DNA from: Gammaproteobacteria bacterium
GTDB taxonomy: Bacteria; Pseudomonadota; Gammaproteobacteria; Eutrophobiales; Eutrophobiaceae
Direction of reading: 5' to 3'
Assembly (NCBI GenBank): GCA_963422205.2
Contig: CAXMWX010000009.1
Coordinates: forward strand, 224,001 to 288,000
Length of the DNA stretch: 64,000 bases
Part shown: in pieces, positions 30,172 to 40,824 of the stretch
Layout: the number at the start of each line of letters is the position of its first letter
How positions within the stretch are numbered: position 1 is the stretch's first letter
The notes under the pieces: model-generated
Databases searched by the model: none
Told to the model about the DNA's origin: nothing
Seen by the model: the letters and a program-made list of their open reading frames with translations, nothing else
Translations under genes and position numbers: made by a program

Positions 30172-31644
30172 CTAATAAGGACGGTGCAGATACTGTCCTT
30201 TGGCCTCGCCAACAACCGCCCCGTTGTCATAAACAAGCTGCCCGCGCAGGTAGGTCTGCTTTACCCTGGCACTTAACTCTATCCCCTCAAATGGCGTATA
30301 GCCCTGTTGTGATTCGGACTCCGCTGCCCTTATCACCCAGCTTTCTTTGGGATCAACCAGCACCAGATCAGCATCCAGCCCAACCTCAATATCGCCCTTG
30401 CTGTTTAAGCCATAACGTCTGGCCGGATTGTAACTGAGCAACTCGGCGATATGGTTATAACTCATGCCGCGTTTTGTACCTTCGCTGATCAAGGCCGGCA
30501 GCAGGTACTCGGTGCCACCGAAGCCGGACTTGGCAAGAAATATATTCTCAGGATTTTCCTGATTGATTTTCATTTCCTGTTTGCAGCACGCATGATCACT
30601 CACCACCCAGTCCAGTTGCTTCTCCAGTAATCTCTCCCAGAGATACTCCACATCCTCACGAGGACGGATGGGCGGGTTGACCTTGGCATGATTGGCACAG
30701 GATGATTCTGTATCAAGCACCAAATGACCGATAGTCACTTCCCGCTTGAAATTAATATGCGGGAATACCTCCGCCATCTGCAATGCCGCTACCACGGCTT
30801 TGCGCGAAGTCAAATGCAGCAGATTGATGTTTGCACAATCAGTCTCGTTCGCAAGATAAGAAGCAATGAAGATCGCCAGACCCTCTGAATGGGGTGGCCT
30901 GGATGCGCTGTAGGCTGGCAGGCCGGTCAGCTTGTTCTCTGATTCTACGATCTTTGTATAAGCACGCATGATCTCGGCGGTTTCACAATGCAGGCTTAAG
31001 CTAATCTGTGCTGCCTTATCGGGAAAGCGATCCATCGCCTTGCGAATTCCTCGCATGATGAATTCAAAATGAGCAAAATCATATTTCTCATCTTTTCCTA
31101 TCATCAGGAAATCACTTTGATCATCCGATTTCCCATGCAGCCCATGCGAGCCATAGAACATGAAAATCTTGAACGAAGTAACGCCGTGCTCATTGATAAG
31201 GGCCTCTATCTCATCAATATGCTGGCCATTCATGGGCGCCAGATGATACGCATAATCGACATGAAAACGCCCTTCCGAGATACGCAAAACCTCAGGATAA
31301 AATTCCGCATAAGGCCCGCCTTTATTCAGATAATACTGGCCGGTACGCATGTAATTTAAGCTGCTGGTGACCCCGCCCATCGCCGCCGCCCGGCTTTCTG
31401 TAATCGCATCCTCGCTCAAATGAGAATAGATACCGGTATGCATGTGGGCATCGATGGCACCGGGAAAGGCAAGATACGCCTGCCCATCCACCGTGCGCCT
31501 TGCCTGCCCGGCCGGGATGTTGCGGGTGATTTTGGCAAACTTCCCATCCTTGATCGCAATGTCACATTCATCTACACAGGACTGGTTCGGCCGCACCACC
31601 TGCACCTGCTTGATTAACAGATCGTAATTTTCAGACACATGCAA
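30172..31644 (-). CDS. Cyclic amidohydrolase (dihydroorotase/allantoinase/imidase family)
   Basis: Complete binuclear metal ligand set: DAHMH, SFKIFMFY, LHCE, LLHL, KVNPPIR, SDHA. Confidence 0.88.
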   Translation of the reverse strand: MHVSENYDLLIKQVQVVRPNQSCVDECDIAIKDGKFAKITRNIPAGQARRTVDGQAYLAFPGAIDAHMHTGIYSHLSEDAITESRAAAMGGVTSSLNYMRTGQYYLNKGGPYAEFYPEVLRISEGRFHVDYAYHLAPMNGQHIDEIEALINEHGVTSFKIFMFYGSHGLHGKSDDQSDFLMIGKDEKYDFAHFEFIMRGIRKAMDRFPDKAAQISLSLHCETAEIMRAYTKIVESENKLTGLPAYSASRPPHSEGLAIFIASYLANETDCANINLLHLTSRKAVVAALQMAEVFPHINFKREVTIGHLVLDTESSCANHAKVNPPIRPREDVEYLWERLLEKQLDWVVSDHACCKQEMKINQENPENIFLAKSGFGGTEYLLPALISEGTKRGMSYNHIAELLSYNPARRYGLNSKGDIEVGLDADLVLVDPKESWVIRAAESESQQGYTPFEGIELSARVKQTYLRGQLVYDNGAVVGEAKGQYLHRPY

Positions 31645-31671
31645 CTCCTAAAAAGAGAATATTAAAAAGTC

Positions 31672-31690
31672 ATAATGTTATATTTATATA
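31672..31690. promoter_or_regulatory. AT-rich operator candidate (site 2) in a divergent promoter
   Basis: ATAATGTTATATTTATATA between the amidohydrolase and the leuC-like gene. Confidence 0.5.
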
Positions 31691-31798
31691 TTATTCTGAC
31701 ATAGCTTCAAGTAGAATGACAGGCAATTAAACCAGGCCGGGCCAGAACAGCTATCGTGCTGAAAAACAGCAAGTTTATCCTCATTTACAGGCGTGTAC

Positions 31799-33196
31799 AT
31801 GTCAGCCAGTTTATTTGACAAAATCTGGGATGCACACCTTATCCGCCAATTCGATGATGGTTCCAGCCTGTTATACCTTGACCGGGTGTTCTTCCACGAA
31901 CGCACGGGTAGCATCGCTCTCGCCAGCATCCACGAGGATGGGCATCAAGTCGCCAATCCAGCGCACGTATTCGCCACCATGGATCATATCCTCGATACCT
32001 TTCCCGGCAGAGATGATCACACGCAGATCCCCAATGGTCAGCAATTTATCCTGACAACCCGCAAGCAGGCACATCTTGCCGGCGTGACCCTGTTTGATAT
32101 TAACGATCCCCGCCAGGGCATCTCCCACGTGGTCTCGCCCGAACAGGGCATTGCGCTGCCAGGCTGCACACTGGTCTGTCCCGACAGCCATACCTGTACC
32201 CTGGGGGGGCTGGGCACATTGGCCTGGGGCATCGGCTCCAGCGACTGTGAACACGCCTTGGCGACCGAGACCTTGAGGGTAAAAAAACCCCGTCAGATGC
32301 GCGTTGTTTTTGATGGCACACCCGCTGCCGGGGTCAGTGCCAAGGACATGATCCTGCATCTTATCAGTCGCTACGGTACCTCAGGCGGCAGCGGTTACAT
32401 GATCGAGTTTACCGGATCAGCGATTGCCGCCCTGCCGGTAGAGGCACGCCTTACCTTATGCAATATGGCGGTCGAATTTTCTGCCTTCTCTGGCATCATC
32501 GCACCCGATGATGCAACGATCAGCTACTTGAAAGACAAGCTCTACAGCCCAAAAGAGGCGCGCTGGGAAGAGGCCATGGCTTATTGGAAAACGCTGTACA
32601 CCGAGCCAGCGGCCAGATTCGACAAAGAAATCACCATCAATTGCCGCAAGATACATCCAACCGTCACCTGGGGTACCAGTCCGCAACACGCCATCACGCT
32701 GCATGAGCGCATTCCCGACCCGGCACACTGCACGGAGGCCGAAGGCCGGGCGATAAAAAGAGCGCTGGATTACATGGGCCTTAAAGCCGGTGCAAGCATT
32801 CGCGGAACCCCCATTGATGCTGCCTTTATCGGCTCTTGCACCAACAGCCGCTTGAGCGACCTGCGGGTGGCCGCCAGCATACTCAAGGGGCGCAAGGTAG
32901 CCGCCGGCGTAAAGGCGATTTGCGTTCCAGGCTCTTCACAAGTCAAGCAACTGGCCGAAGCAGAGGGTTTGGACAGCATCTTCCTGGATGCTGGTTTTGA
33001 GTGGCGTGAGTCCGGGTGTTCCATGTGTTTTTATGCCGGTGGTGAGAGTTTCGGCGAAGGCCAGCGGGTCATCACCAGCACCAACCGAAACTTTGAAAAT
33101 CGCCAGGGAAAAGGGACTCGCTCTCACCTGGCCAGCCCGGCAATCGTCGCCGCTTCTGCACTCAGTGGTTATATCACGGACATCGCTGAACCTTAG
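31799..33196 (+). CDS. leuC: LeuC-like [4Fe-4S] hydratase large subunit (isopropylmalate/dimethylmaleate hydratase family)
   Basis: LFDKIWDAH, CPDSHT, IGSCTNSR, GCSMC, STNRNFENRQG. No leuA or leuB nearby. Confidence 0.8.
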   Translation: MSASLFDKIWDAHLIRQFDDGSSLLYLDRVFFHERTGSIALASIHEDGHQVANPAHVFATMDHILDTFPGRDDHTQIPNGQQFILTTRKQAHLAGVTLFDINDPRQGISHVVSPEQGIALPGCTLVCPDSHTCTLGGLGTLAWGIGSSDCEHALATETLRVKKPRQMRVVFDGTPAAGVSAKDMILHLISRYGTSGGSGYMIEFTGSAIAALPVEARLTLCNMAVEFSAFSGIIAPDDATISYLKDKLYSPKEARWEEAMAYWKTLYTEPAARFDKEITINCRKIHPTVTWGTSPQHAITLHERIPDPAHCTEAEGRAIKRALDYMGLKAGASIRGTPIDAAFIGSCTNSRLSDLRVAASILKGRKVAAGVKAICVPGSSQVKQLAEAEGLDSIFLDAGFEWRESGCSMCFYAGGESFGEGQRVITSTNRNFENRQGKGTRSHLASPAIVAASALSGYITDIAEP

Positions 33197-33205
33197 ACGG
33201 TCATC

Positions 33206-33832
33206 ATGAAGCCCTTTCGCCAATACAGCGGCATTGCCGCCCCGCTGATGCGTGATAATGTCGATACCGATGCCATCATCCCATCGCGAGAGATGAAGCA
33301 GGTCGCCAAAACCGGGCTGGCTGATGGCATGTTTGCCGATTGGCGTTATCTGTATAAGGGGACGAGGCGATGCGGCCCCAATCCGGCATTCATCCTCAAC
33401 CAGCCGGGCTTTGAAGACAGCAGCATCCTGCTGGCAGGAAATAATTTTGGTTGTGGCTCTTCCAGGGAACATGCCGTCTGGGCCCTGGCCGAATATGGTA
33501 TGCGTGCCATTATCGCCCCGGGTTTCGGCAGTATCTTTTTCAATAACTGCATTCATAACGGTATCCTGCCCATCGTGCTGGAACGCGCTGTGGTTGACAG
33601 GCTGGCAGAGCAGGTGAGGTCCGCACCAACAAAAAACCGCATCCAGATTGACTTGGAGACTCAACAGGTGCTTACGCCCGATGGGACGTGCCATGACTTC
33701 ACGATCGCCCCGCTTGCCAGGGCCATGCTGCTACAAGGCATCAGTGCGATTGATATGACACTGCAACACAGGGAGGCGATCGCACAGTTCAAGGCGGCAG
33801 ATAGCAAGAGACGCTCCTGGGCCTATTTATGA
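33206..33832 (+). CDS. leuD: LeuD-like small subunit
   Basis: NVDTDAIIP, NFGCGSSREHAVWAL, FGSIFFNN. Confidence 0.8.
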   Translation: MKPFRQYSGIAAPLMRDNVDTDAIIPSREMKQVAKTGLADGMFADWRYLYKGTRRCGPNPAFILNQPGFEDSSILLAGNNFGCGSSREHAVWALAEYGMRAIIAPGFGSIFFNNCIHNGILPIVLERAVVDRLAEQVRSAPTKNRIQIDLETQQVLTPDGTCHDFTIAPLARAMLLQGISAIDMTLQHREAIAQFKAADSKRRSWAYL

Positions 33833-33926
33833 TTTCGGGGCTGTCCCAGATAACCAGCCCATTTGTTGTCTACCCCATTGATTCAGTTGCTTTCATTGGA
33901 TCCCTGGGGCGCTGTGATTATATCTT

Positions 33927-33947
33927 AAAGCGACCGAATGTCGCTTT
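33927..33947. terminator. Hairpin between convergent genes, possible bidirectional terminator
   Basis: AAAGCGAC-CGAAT-GTCGCTTT. Confidence 0.45.
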
Positions 33948-33994
33948 CATGATCGCCGTGATAACCGCTGTTCTGTTATCTCAAAACTGCTTCG

Positions 33995-34024
33995 CCTGCC
34001 TGTGCGTGTTCGCACGCAGACAGG
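33995..34024. repeat. REP-like hairpin
   Basis: CCTGCCTGTGCGTGTTCGCACGCAGACAGG, with a TGCGTG-TTCG-CACGCA core and CCTG/CAGG outer stem. Confidence 0.45.
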
Positions 34025-34136
34025 TGAGAGGCCAGTCTGCACTTCCTGCTTCTCATGACCCTCTGTAAGTATTAATAGACAGGCACTTCCTGGTTCATAG
34101 TCTGATAGCCAGACTAGTAGCTGGCACAGTTTAAGT

Positions 34137-35207
34137 CTACTCCAGCCCATCCACAGGTTTGGCTATTGTCATAATACTCTCTCCAGTGCGAACTGGGGGG
34201 CCTGCCAAGCCGTAAAGCGCATAGCCATCAATGGGGGATACAACAGTCTCCAAAACCGCCCCCGTATAACCATGAATGAGGCCCAGCATTTCACCTTGCC
34301 TAAGATAGCGGCCTGCTGCTGCAACCGGAGTCCAAATACCAGAATGCCTGACCTTGACTGACTGGGTACCATCAAAATAGCGTGGTTTTATTTTGCGCTG
34401 CTCATCGTGTGATTGCATCATCTCCATCCTGGATAACACGCGTTTGAATCCTTGCACTATCAATTCAATATGCTTTGGATCCCGTTTGCCATTTTCGCCG
34501 ATTTCTACCAGTAGCGATGGCAACCCCTGGGCCACCGCTTGTCGATTCAGGGATCGACCCCGGTCGATTTGCTCCTGCGTGTTCATTTTATACCTGACAA
34601 TGTTTCGAAACCCAAAGGATTCTGCCAGTGACAGTGCCAGAGGATAATTCGCTGCCAGTGGACCACCATAAACGCCAATAAAGGCTTCAAGCCACTCTGC
34701 CCCATCACCGCTGTGAACATCAAAAACAACGTCTGCCCTGGGAATGATTTGATTCGACAGTGTATAGGCGATGCGTTCAGTCTGGGACCCATCGGCCTTG
34801 CCTGGAAATGAGCGATTGAGATTCTTGCGGTCATAGGGATTAACATAGGGCGAGCGGGCTTCAAACGCAGACACATGCGCCACTCGCACGATAATAAATG
34901 TGCCGCCAAGTGTTTTCGGATCAATCTCTTCAGCCAGTCTTTTTGCGGCAAGGATAGAGGCAAATTCAAAACCATGCACCCCGGCAACCATCAATATAAC
35001 AGGCCCTGGGCGACTGCCCTGTAATACAGTAAGCGGGATGAATGTTTCCGGATCGCTCTCGCCAGCGGCCACGCCAATGCTCAGATCATGTCGTGTTCCA
35101 CTTTTGATTTGAATTCCACCGATACTAAACTCTGCCTGGGCGTTCAGGCAAACGTGCAGAAGAAGCAGAAACAGCAGAGCAGGTTTATTGCTATTGAATC
35201 CAGGCAT
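34137..35207 (-). CDS. Secreted M14-family Zn hydrolase (AstE/AspA-like)
   Basis: Signal peptide ending AQA, then AGVHGFE, NLNRSFPG, DVHSG, LVEIG. Confidence 0.85.
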   Translation of the reverse strand: MPGFNSNKPALLFLLLLHVCLNAQAEFSIGGIQIKSGTRHDLSIGVAAGESDPETFIPLTVLQGSRPGPVILMVAGVHGFEFASILAAKRLAEEIDPKTLGGTFIIVRVAHVSAFEARSPYVNPYDRKNLNRSFPGKADGSQTERIAYTLSNQIIPRADVVFDVHSGDGAEWLEAFIGVYGGPLAANYPLALSLAESFGFRNIVRYKMNTQEQIDRGRSLNRQAVAQGLPSLLVEIGENGKRDPKHIELIVQGFKRVLSRMEMMQSHDEQRKIKPRYFDGTQSVKVRHSGIWTPVAAAGRYLRQGEMLGLIHGYTGAVLETVVSPIDGYALYGLAGPPVRTGESIMTIAKPVDGLE

Positions 35208-35227
35208 TGGCTTTTCTTCTCTACCGG

Positions 35228-36484
35228 CTATTGCCCAGGTTCGAACTTCGGCAAGTTTTTAAGTAAGGATTTATCGAAGGGCGCATTGCGAAAAAATTTG
35301 GGGTAGTAATAAGCACGCAGCGCGGCATGATATGTACGAACGCCTGCTTCGTATCTTATGCTCGAATGCAAGTCAGTATTTGCCAGAGATTGCAGCGATC
35401 TTTCCAGAAGCGATGGGGGCGCCAATAGTGAAAGCAAGGCCGCAATGCGAGCACGTTGTAACCTGCCATCTCGATAAGCGGTAGATAAATGCTCGGCCTG
35501 CTGGTCGCCAACGTGCTGAAAAGCGTAATACCATGGCCATTCGAACGCACTTTTTACGGGTTCATAATCAGACCACTCAGGATGACGGCTGAAAAAGGCA
35601 TCCATTGTCGCCTGTCTCGGCAAATCCCAGGCATCGTTCACGGTCTCTCGCTGCAACATCAAAATGTCAGCACCGGAGGGCACCGGCACTAATTTATCTA
35701 TCGCAAGTCGCCCCGCCGCTGGCAATATGACAGCAGCCGATATCCAAATAGTGATGAGTGTCATCAAAATCACAGCACCCGGCTTACGCCATGCCGAAAT
35801 AGAAAAACAGAGCAGGGTCCAGAGGGCGGTATAAGCAAAAATCCACAGACTGGCCAGGGCCAGTTTACTGGCTGTTGTACCTGCGATAATCCCGGCAATG
35901 ATTAATGGTGCAATGAGACACAAAAATAACCCGCCCGCCCGCAGGCATGCACGCAGCAGCCAGAAACAGAATGGCTGCCCGGTCGCTGCCTCCAATAAAT
36001 CATGACGCCCTGCGCCAAGCTCGCTGGTTCTAAGATCATACAGCAGCATGATTAACACAAGTGGAATGATAAAAGCGGCAAAAAACGCAAAATCAAAACG
36101 ACCAATTTGTGCCATGCTGGGATTACCTGCATCGCGTTCATAGATTTGGCCTTCCAGGGCGAGCATTCTAATGCGGTGTTTCCAGGGCTGTGCATCCCGC
36201 TGTCCCATAGCGGCATAAGCGAAATCTGAAGGCGGGTCATAAGTTAAGTGAAAACTATAGTAGGCTGCGCTGCCCCAGTCCTCGAATTTTTCAAATCCGC
36301 CCGACCGGTCTTGCTGGTCTGCATGGATAAGATTCTGGATTGTCGTATTCTGGCGTTCCACTTCTATCAGTCCGAAGCCGACTGACATAGAGGACAAGCC
36401 AAGCACAACAGCCATCCAAAACCCTACGGTGCGATCCCGTGCCGTGAATTTTGCTTCGCGTATCAGCGCATTGAAGGCGCTCAT
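35228..36484 (-). CDS. ABC-2-type permease (DUF3526-like)
   Basis: TM segments plus WGSAAYY, LALEGQIYE, GRFDFAF. ATGA overlap with the upstream permease. Confidence 0.8.
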   Translation of the reverse strand: MSAFNALIREAKFTARDRTVGFWMAVVLGLSSMSVGFGLIEVERQNTTIQNLIHADQQDRSGGFEKFEDWGSAAYYSFHLTYDPPSDFAYAAMGQRDAQPWKHRIRMLALEGQIYERDAGNPSMAQIGRFDFAFFAAFIIPLVLIMLLYDLRTSELGAGRHDLLEAATGQPFCFWLLRACLRAGGLFLCLIAPLIIAGIIAGTTASKLALASLWIFAYTALWTLLCFSISAWRKPGAVILMTLITIWISAAVILPAAGRLAIDKLVPVPSGADILMLQRETVNDAWDLPRQATMDAFFSRHPEWSDYEPVKSAFEWPWYYAFQHVGDQQAEHLSTAYRDGRLQRARIAALLSLLAPPSLLERSLQSLANTDLHSSIRYEAGVRTYHAALRAYYYPKFFRNAPFDKSLLKNLPKFEPGQ

Positions 36485-37917
36485 GGTTTTATCTTGCCGC
36501 CACACCAAAACAATATTCCAAACATCACTGTCAGCCACGCCAACAAGATCCGAATTGAAGAGGAAGCATGCTGAATACGCTGAGATATGCCGGCGGTTCG
36601 AAATTGAAATGTATCAAGCACCTGCCAGTTAGAGGCATCCACACGTGCGCGCTGCCAAGCTGCTTCATTTTTATTGCGATTGATATCATCTTGATAGGAA
36701 AGTTTCTCGACATGCACGCGGTTGAGTCCCTGAACAAACGCAAAGCGCACGGCTTCCGCTGCTCTTTGAAAACGGTGATAATGCGCCAGGTCTGTCCCGG
36801 CGATTGATCGGGAGAGAAAAGCAACGGCGAGCACAGGTGTCAGCCAACCGTAGTCTATAAGACGTTTCTCCTGCCGCCGTTCCGCGGCCATGCGCGAGGC
36901 GGCGTAATCATTCAAAACCTTCGTCAGTTTTTGCTCAGCTTCCATCGCCACGATACCGCGAAAATTCACGGGCAGGTCTTCAATGCGCTCCACGCTGTGT
37001 TTTTCCAGCAGATCAGCGCGCAGCTGTTGAAGGGCAGGATCATTGGCGTTATGACCGTCACCGACCTTGCGAGAGTCTGCCAGCATTGCAAGGTCAGTTT
37101 CGATCTTGCCGGCAACGGGCTCGCTGTTGCTGGCAAGATCGACAGCAACAGCGGGCAGCACCAGGGAAAAACCGAACCAAAGTGCGGTCGTTACGGCTAA
37201 TACTGTCGAGTGTTTTTTAAAGGTGGTGGAGGCAAGTAGCGTAAGGGCGACCCAGAGCGCCAGGTAAACGCAATACGCCCCGAACAGTGACAACAGCGCA
37301 ATAAGGGTTTCACCGCCCGCAAGTGCCATCGCGCCGCCTGCAACAAGCGGGAGGAGCAGACATACCGCAAATGACAGCAGTGCCAGCGCCTTGCCGGCTA
37401 TCAGTGTGCGACCGCTTATTCCCATTGCCAACAACGGCGCGAGCATGGCCGTTTCGCGTTCACGTACCACTGAGCCATGCCCGAGCAAAATAATGACAAG
37501 GGGTGCAAAAAGCTGATAAATCAGGGCCGGGCTTAACCAGGATAAACCGCCAAAATCGGCACTGGCTGCCGATTCTGCGAACATCACGGTGTTCTGACGA
37601 TGACCCTCAAGAAAGATAGCTTGACCGGTGACTGCATCGATGCCGGGGTCGAGCAGGGCCAAAGGCGCTGGCGCTCGAAAAAGGTAGTGACCATAATGCA
37701 CCATCCTGTGCGGATGACGGTCTGGCTGGCTTAAAAATGTCTCTTCGGCTTCAGTTTGCTGGCGCGTTCGGGTTTGCTTTTCAGCCTCCATACGCAAGTT
37801 GTTCAAAAGGCTGGTGGCAACAATCAGTACAAGAAAGATAAGCGCTCCACCGAGTGCGAGCTGCGACCGCAACCAGTATCGCCACTCACCGGCTGCAATA
37901 AGTAATACCTGCTTCAT
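36481..37917 (-). CDS. ABC-2-type permease (DUF3526-like)
   Basis: QPDRHPHRMVHYGHY, FLEGHRQN, GDGHNANDP and TM segments. Confidence 0.8.
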   Translation of the reverse strand: MKQVLLIAAGEWRYWLRSQLALGGALIFLVLIVATSLLNNLRMEAEKQTRTRQQTEAEETFLSQPDRHPHRMVHYGHYLFRAPAPLALLDPGIDAVTGQAIFLEGHRQNTVMFAESAASADFGGLSWLSPALIYQLFAPLVIILLGHGSVVRERETAMLAPLLAMGISGRTLIAGKALALLSFAVCLLLPLVAGGAMALAGGETLIALLSLFGAYCVYLALWVALTLLASTTFKKHSTVLAVTTALWFGFSLVLPAVAVDLASNSEPVAGKIETDLAMLADSRKVGDGHNANDPALQQLRADLLEKHSVERIEDLPVNFRGIVAMEAEQKLTKVLNDYAASRMAAERRQEKRLIDYGWLTPVLAVAFLSRSIAGTDLAHYHRFQRAAEAVRFAFVQGLNRVHVEKLSYQDDINRNKNEAAWQRARVDASNWQVLDTFQFRTAGISQRIQHASSSIRILLAWLTVMFGILFWCGGKIKP

Positions 37918-37922
37918 GGGTT

Positions 37923-38657
37923 TTATGCTGACAATGCGTGTGCCGGTGAGTCTGCTGTTGAAGAGAAGGCTTTATGCACGGTTTCTGTATCAATGTGTGC
38001 CTGTTCTGTCGCCGCGTACTCTCCGACCAATTTGCCATTGTGAAGCAGACCTATTTTATCGGCCACCTGACAAGCACCGTACACATCATGAGTCACCATA
38101 AGAATGGCCTTCCCATTATCGGCAAGGTTGCGAACGATCTGATGAAATTCGTCAATGGCGCCAGGATCCAGGCCGGAAGAGGGCTCATCCAGGAGCAGGA
38201 TGTCTGTATCACGCAATATCGCCAGTGCAATCGCAACCCTCTGACGCATTCCTTTCGAGTAATCACGCAGTTTACGTTGCCTCGCCGCTGGCATTAACGA
38301 GACTTGATCAAGTGCGGTGTTAATTTTTTCCCCGCTTGCAGAGACTCCTGATAATTGCAAGAGATAGTCTATGTTTTCATACGCATTAAGGTGTCCGTAC
38401 AATGATACAGATTCGGGCAGATAGGCAATGACTTTGCGGGCAAGTGCTATGTCAGACTCTACGTCATTGCCATTGACACAAACCCGGCCACTGGACGGCG
38501 GCAGAAACCCTAGGAAACTGAGCAAAGTCGTTGATTTCCCTGCCCCATTGCCACCTAACAGTGCGTATATCTCGCCACTGTCTACTGAAAATGAAATTCC
38601 GCTCAGGACTTCCTGTCCCGAACGCATAATGTGCAGTGAATCTGCCTGTAATTTCAT
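37923..38657 (-). CDS. ABC transporter ATP-binding protein
   Basis: GGNGAGKST, YSKGMRQ, LLLDEP, VTHD. Confidence 0.92.
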   Translation of the reverse strand: MKLQADSLHIMRSGQEVLSGISFSVDSGEIYALLGGNGAGKSTTLLSFLGFLPPSSGRVCVNGNDVESDIALARKVIAYLPESVSLYGHLNAYENIDYLLQLSGVSASGEKINTALDQVSLMPAARQRKLRDYSKGMRQRVAIALAILRDTDILLLDEPSSGLDPGAIDEFHQIVRNLADNGKAILMVTHDVYGACQVADKIGLLHNGKLVGEYAATEQAHIDTETVHKAFSSTADSPAHALSA

Positions 38658-38661
38658 TATA

Positions 38662-40737
38662 TTAAAACGTGAATGTTACGGACAGATTCGCATTGATGGG
38701 TGTGCCTGGTTGCACCCAAACGTCAGCAAAGGAGTTGGTGTAGTATTCCTCGTCAAACACATTATTTATTTCAGCACGCAATGCCATATCATCTGTTACT
38801 TCGTAACTCGCCGCGATTTTAACGGTGGTATACTCCGGCAATCTGAAAGCCTGATCACTAAAGAAGCCGTTTCTATCATCCACATGAAGTAAACCGCCAA
38901 TGAAACTGAGTCCCCTGCCCGCCAGTTGCGTTCGATGGACGACTTGAAGGCTTAATTGATTCGCAGGAATATTCAGCAGATCTGAACCGGCAGGCACGAC
39001 AGTGCCAAAATTCGGATCATTGAAGTCGTTTTTGGTCTGGGCATCGACAAAGGCGTAGGACAGCCAGATGCTCGTGTTATCGGTGATGTTACCGTGGAGA
39101 TCCAGCTCAATACCCCGGCTGTCAGCCCTGCCTATCGCTGTGGCATTGAAAGCATCGTCGACCGTTGAAATGTTTGACTGTTCAATATCAAAGAACGCCA
39201 GGGTTCCCGCCAGCATGCCTTCGTTCAAGGTAACGTTGACTCCCACTTCGGTTGATGTTGATCGGTTGGGTTTCAGGCCATTCGTCTGTGTTGCGCCAGA
39301 TAGTGGGCGAAAGTTCTCGCCGTACACGGCATACAGGGAAATAGAATCCGTTGCTTTGTAAACCACCCCAACCTGCGGACTGACACGGGTATCGGAGAAT
39401 GCTGAAATACTGTTTGAACGGCGATTAACCAACTCCTGCTCATAATCGTCAATGCGAACACCCAATCGGATATCCAGTGAATCCATTATGCTGATGTGAT
39501 CCTGAATATAAAAACCCACCGTCTCCTGAGTTTCAACTCTGTCGATTTGGGTCGCCAGATTAACAAGGGCTGATATGGGTATGTTTCCATATACTGGATT
39601 AAATACGTTGATGTCCTGATCAGTTGTTCTGTCTCGCAGAGCAAACTGGTCATTTTCAAATTCATCCGTATCTACACCCACGATAATGCGATGCCCTAAC
39701 CCGCCGGTATTGAAACTTCCACTCAACTCCGCTCGAAACACACGATAAATCGCATTGTAGTCACGGAAACGGCTGAAACGACCAAAATCCCCATTTGCAT
39801 CTACAGCGCCAAAACCGTTTTCGGACGCATAACCTTCGAGTGAGGTCTCACGATAGTTAAAACCAAGCAGTGCGCTCCAATCATCATTAACATCATATTG
39901 GAATTCAACCTGATGGCCGAGCACCTCGGTTTCTATCGGGCCATAACCCGGTTCACCGAGGAAACGATCCTCAGGAATGAGACCCAGTTCGTTATCAATG
40001 GCGATCACGCCACGGTCAAAAGGAATTTCCTGACTGCTGTATTCCAACTCATAAGTCAGTTGGCTCTCATCGTTAAATCGATATGCAAAAGAAGGATTAA
40101 CACCCAGTTTTTCAGTTTCAACCGTATCCCGAAAACTTCTCGCATCTTCATAGAAACCCACCAAGCGAACGGCAAGGGAATCAGAGAGCGGCGATGTCCA
40201 GTCGATATCAGCCCGGTAGGTATCAAAACTCCCGCCTGATAATCTGAGGGTACCCTGCTTTTCAAACGTTGGGCGTTTTGTCACAAGATTAATGGTGCCG
40301 CCGGGTTCACCACGCCCGAACAATGCGGCACGAGGACCTTTTAGCACTTCGACGGACTCAATACCGGAGAGATCACGTGGGCCACCAAATCCTCGTCCGG
40401 CGTTGAACCCGTTCACAAGGTAATTGCTGGGCAGGTTCTCATCACCAACAAATCCACGCAAGGCAAAGCTATTCCATAAGCCGCCAAAGTTGTTCTGACG
40501 CGCCACCGAGCCAGAGAGATCCAATGCCTGATTGAGATCAATCGCCCCTGCATCTTGCAAAATTTCAGCGTCTATTGTCAGTTCAGACTGGGGGGTTTCC
40601 AGTGCCGTGAATTCTCCCTGATAGGCGTTTCGTATTCCTTTAATGATAATTTCTTCGAGTTCAGACTGCGCCCGGACACAATTTATTGTAAGCACCAGGC
40701 ATAGACTTGACCAGACAAGCATGGTTTTAATATTCAT
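38662..40737 (-). CDS. TonB-dependent receptor (siderophore/metal type)
   Basis: Signal peptide, IESVEVLKGP.AALFG.GEPGG.IN.VTK plug motif, C-terminal Phe, RBS before ATG 40737. Confidence 0.92.
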   Translation of the reverse strand: MNIKTMLVWSSLCLVLTINCVRAQSELEEIIIKGIRNAYQGEFTALETPQSELTIDAEILQDAGAIDLNQALDLSGSVARQNNFGGLWNSFALRGFVGDENLPSNYLVNGFNAGRGFGGPRDLSGIESVEVLKGPRAALFGRGEPGGTINLVTKRPTFEKQGTLRLSGGSFDTYRADIDWTSPLSDSLAVRLVGFYEDARSFRDTVETEKLGVNPSFAYRFNDESQLTYELEYSSQEIPFDRGVIAIDNELGLIPEDRFLGEPGYGPIETEVLGHQVEFQYDVNDDWSALLGFNYRETSLEGYASENGFGAVDANGDFGRFSRFRDYNAIYRVFRAELSGSFNTGGLGHRIIVGVDTDEFENDQFALRDRTTDQDINVFNPVYGNIPISALVNLATQIDRVETQETVGFYIQDHISIMDSLDIRLGVRIDDYEQELVNRRSNSISAFSDTRVSPQVGVVYKATDSISLYAVYGENFRPLSGATQTNGLKPNRSTSTEVGVNVTLNEGMLAGTLAFFDIEQSNISTVDDAFNATAIGRADSRGIELDLHGNITDNTSIWLSYAFVDAQTKNDFNDPNFGTVVPAGSDLLNIPANQLSLQVVHRTQLAGRGLSFIGGLLHVDDRNGFFSDQAFRLPEYTTVKIAASYEVTDDMALRAEINNVFDEEYYTNSFADVWVQPGTPINANLSVTFTF

Positions 40738-40824
40738 GGTTTCCTCTATGATTATGACTAAAACGAAAAATAACCGCATCGACAGACGATGCCGTTAAAA
40801 GGTACACCTCATTTAAGGGCGCAC

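Noticed and set aside
30172-31644. Calling this allB or pyrC
   Set aside because: The family is clear, but there is no purine or pyrimidine gene context, so specificity is left open.
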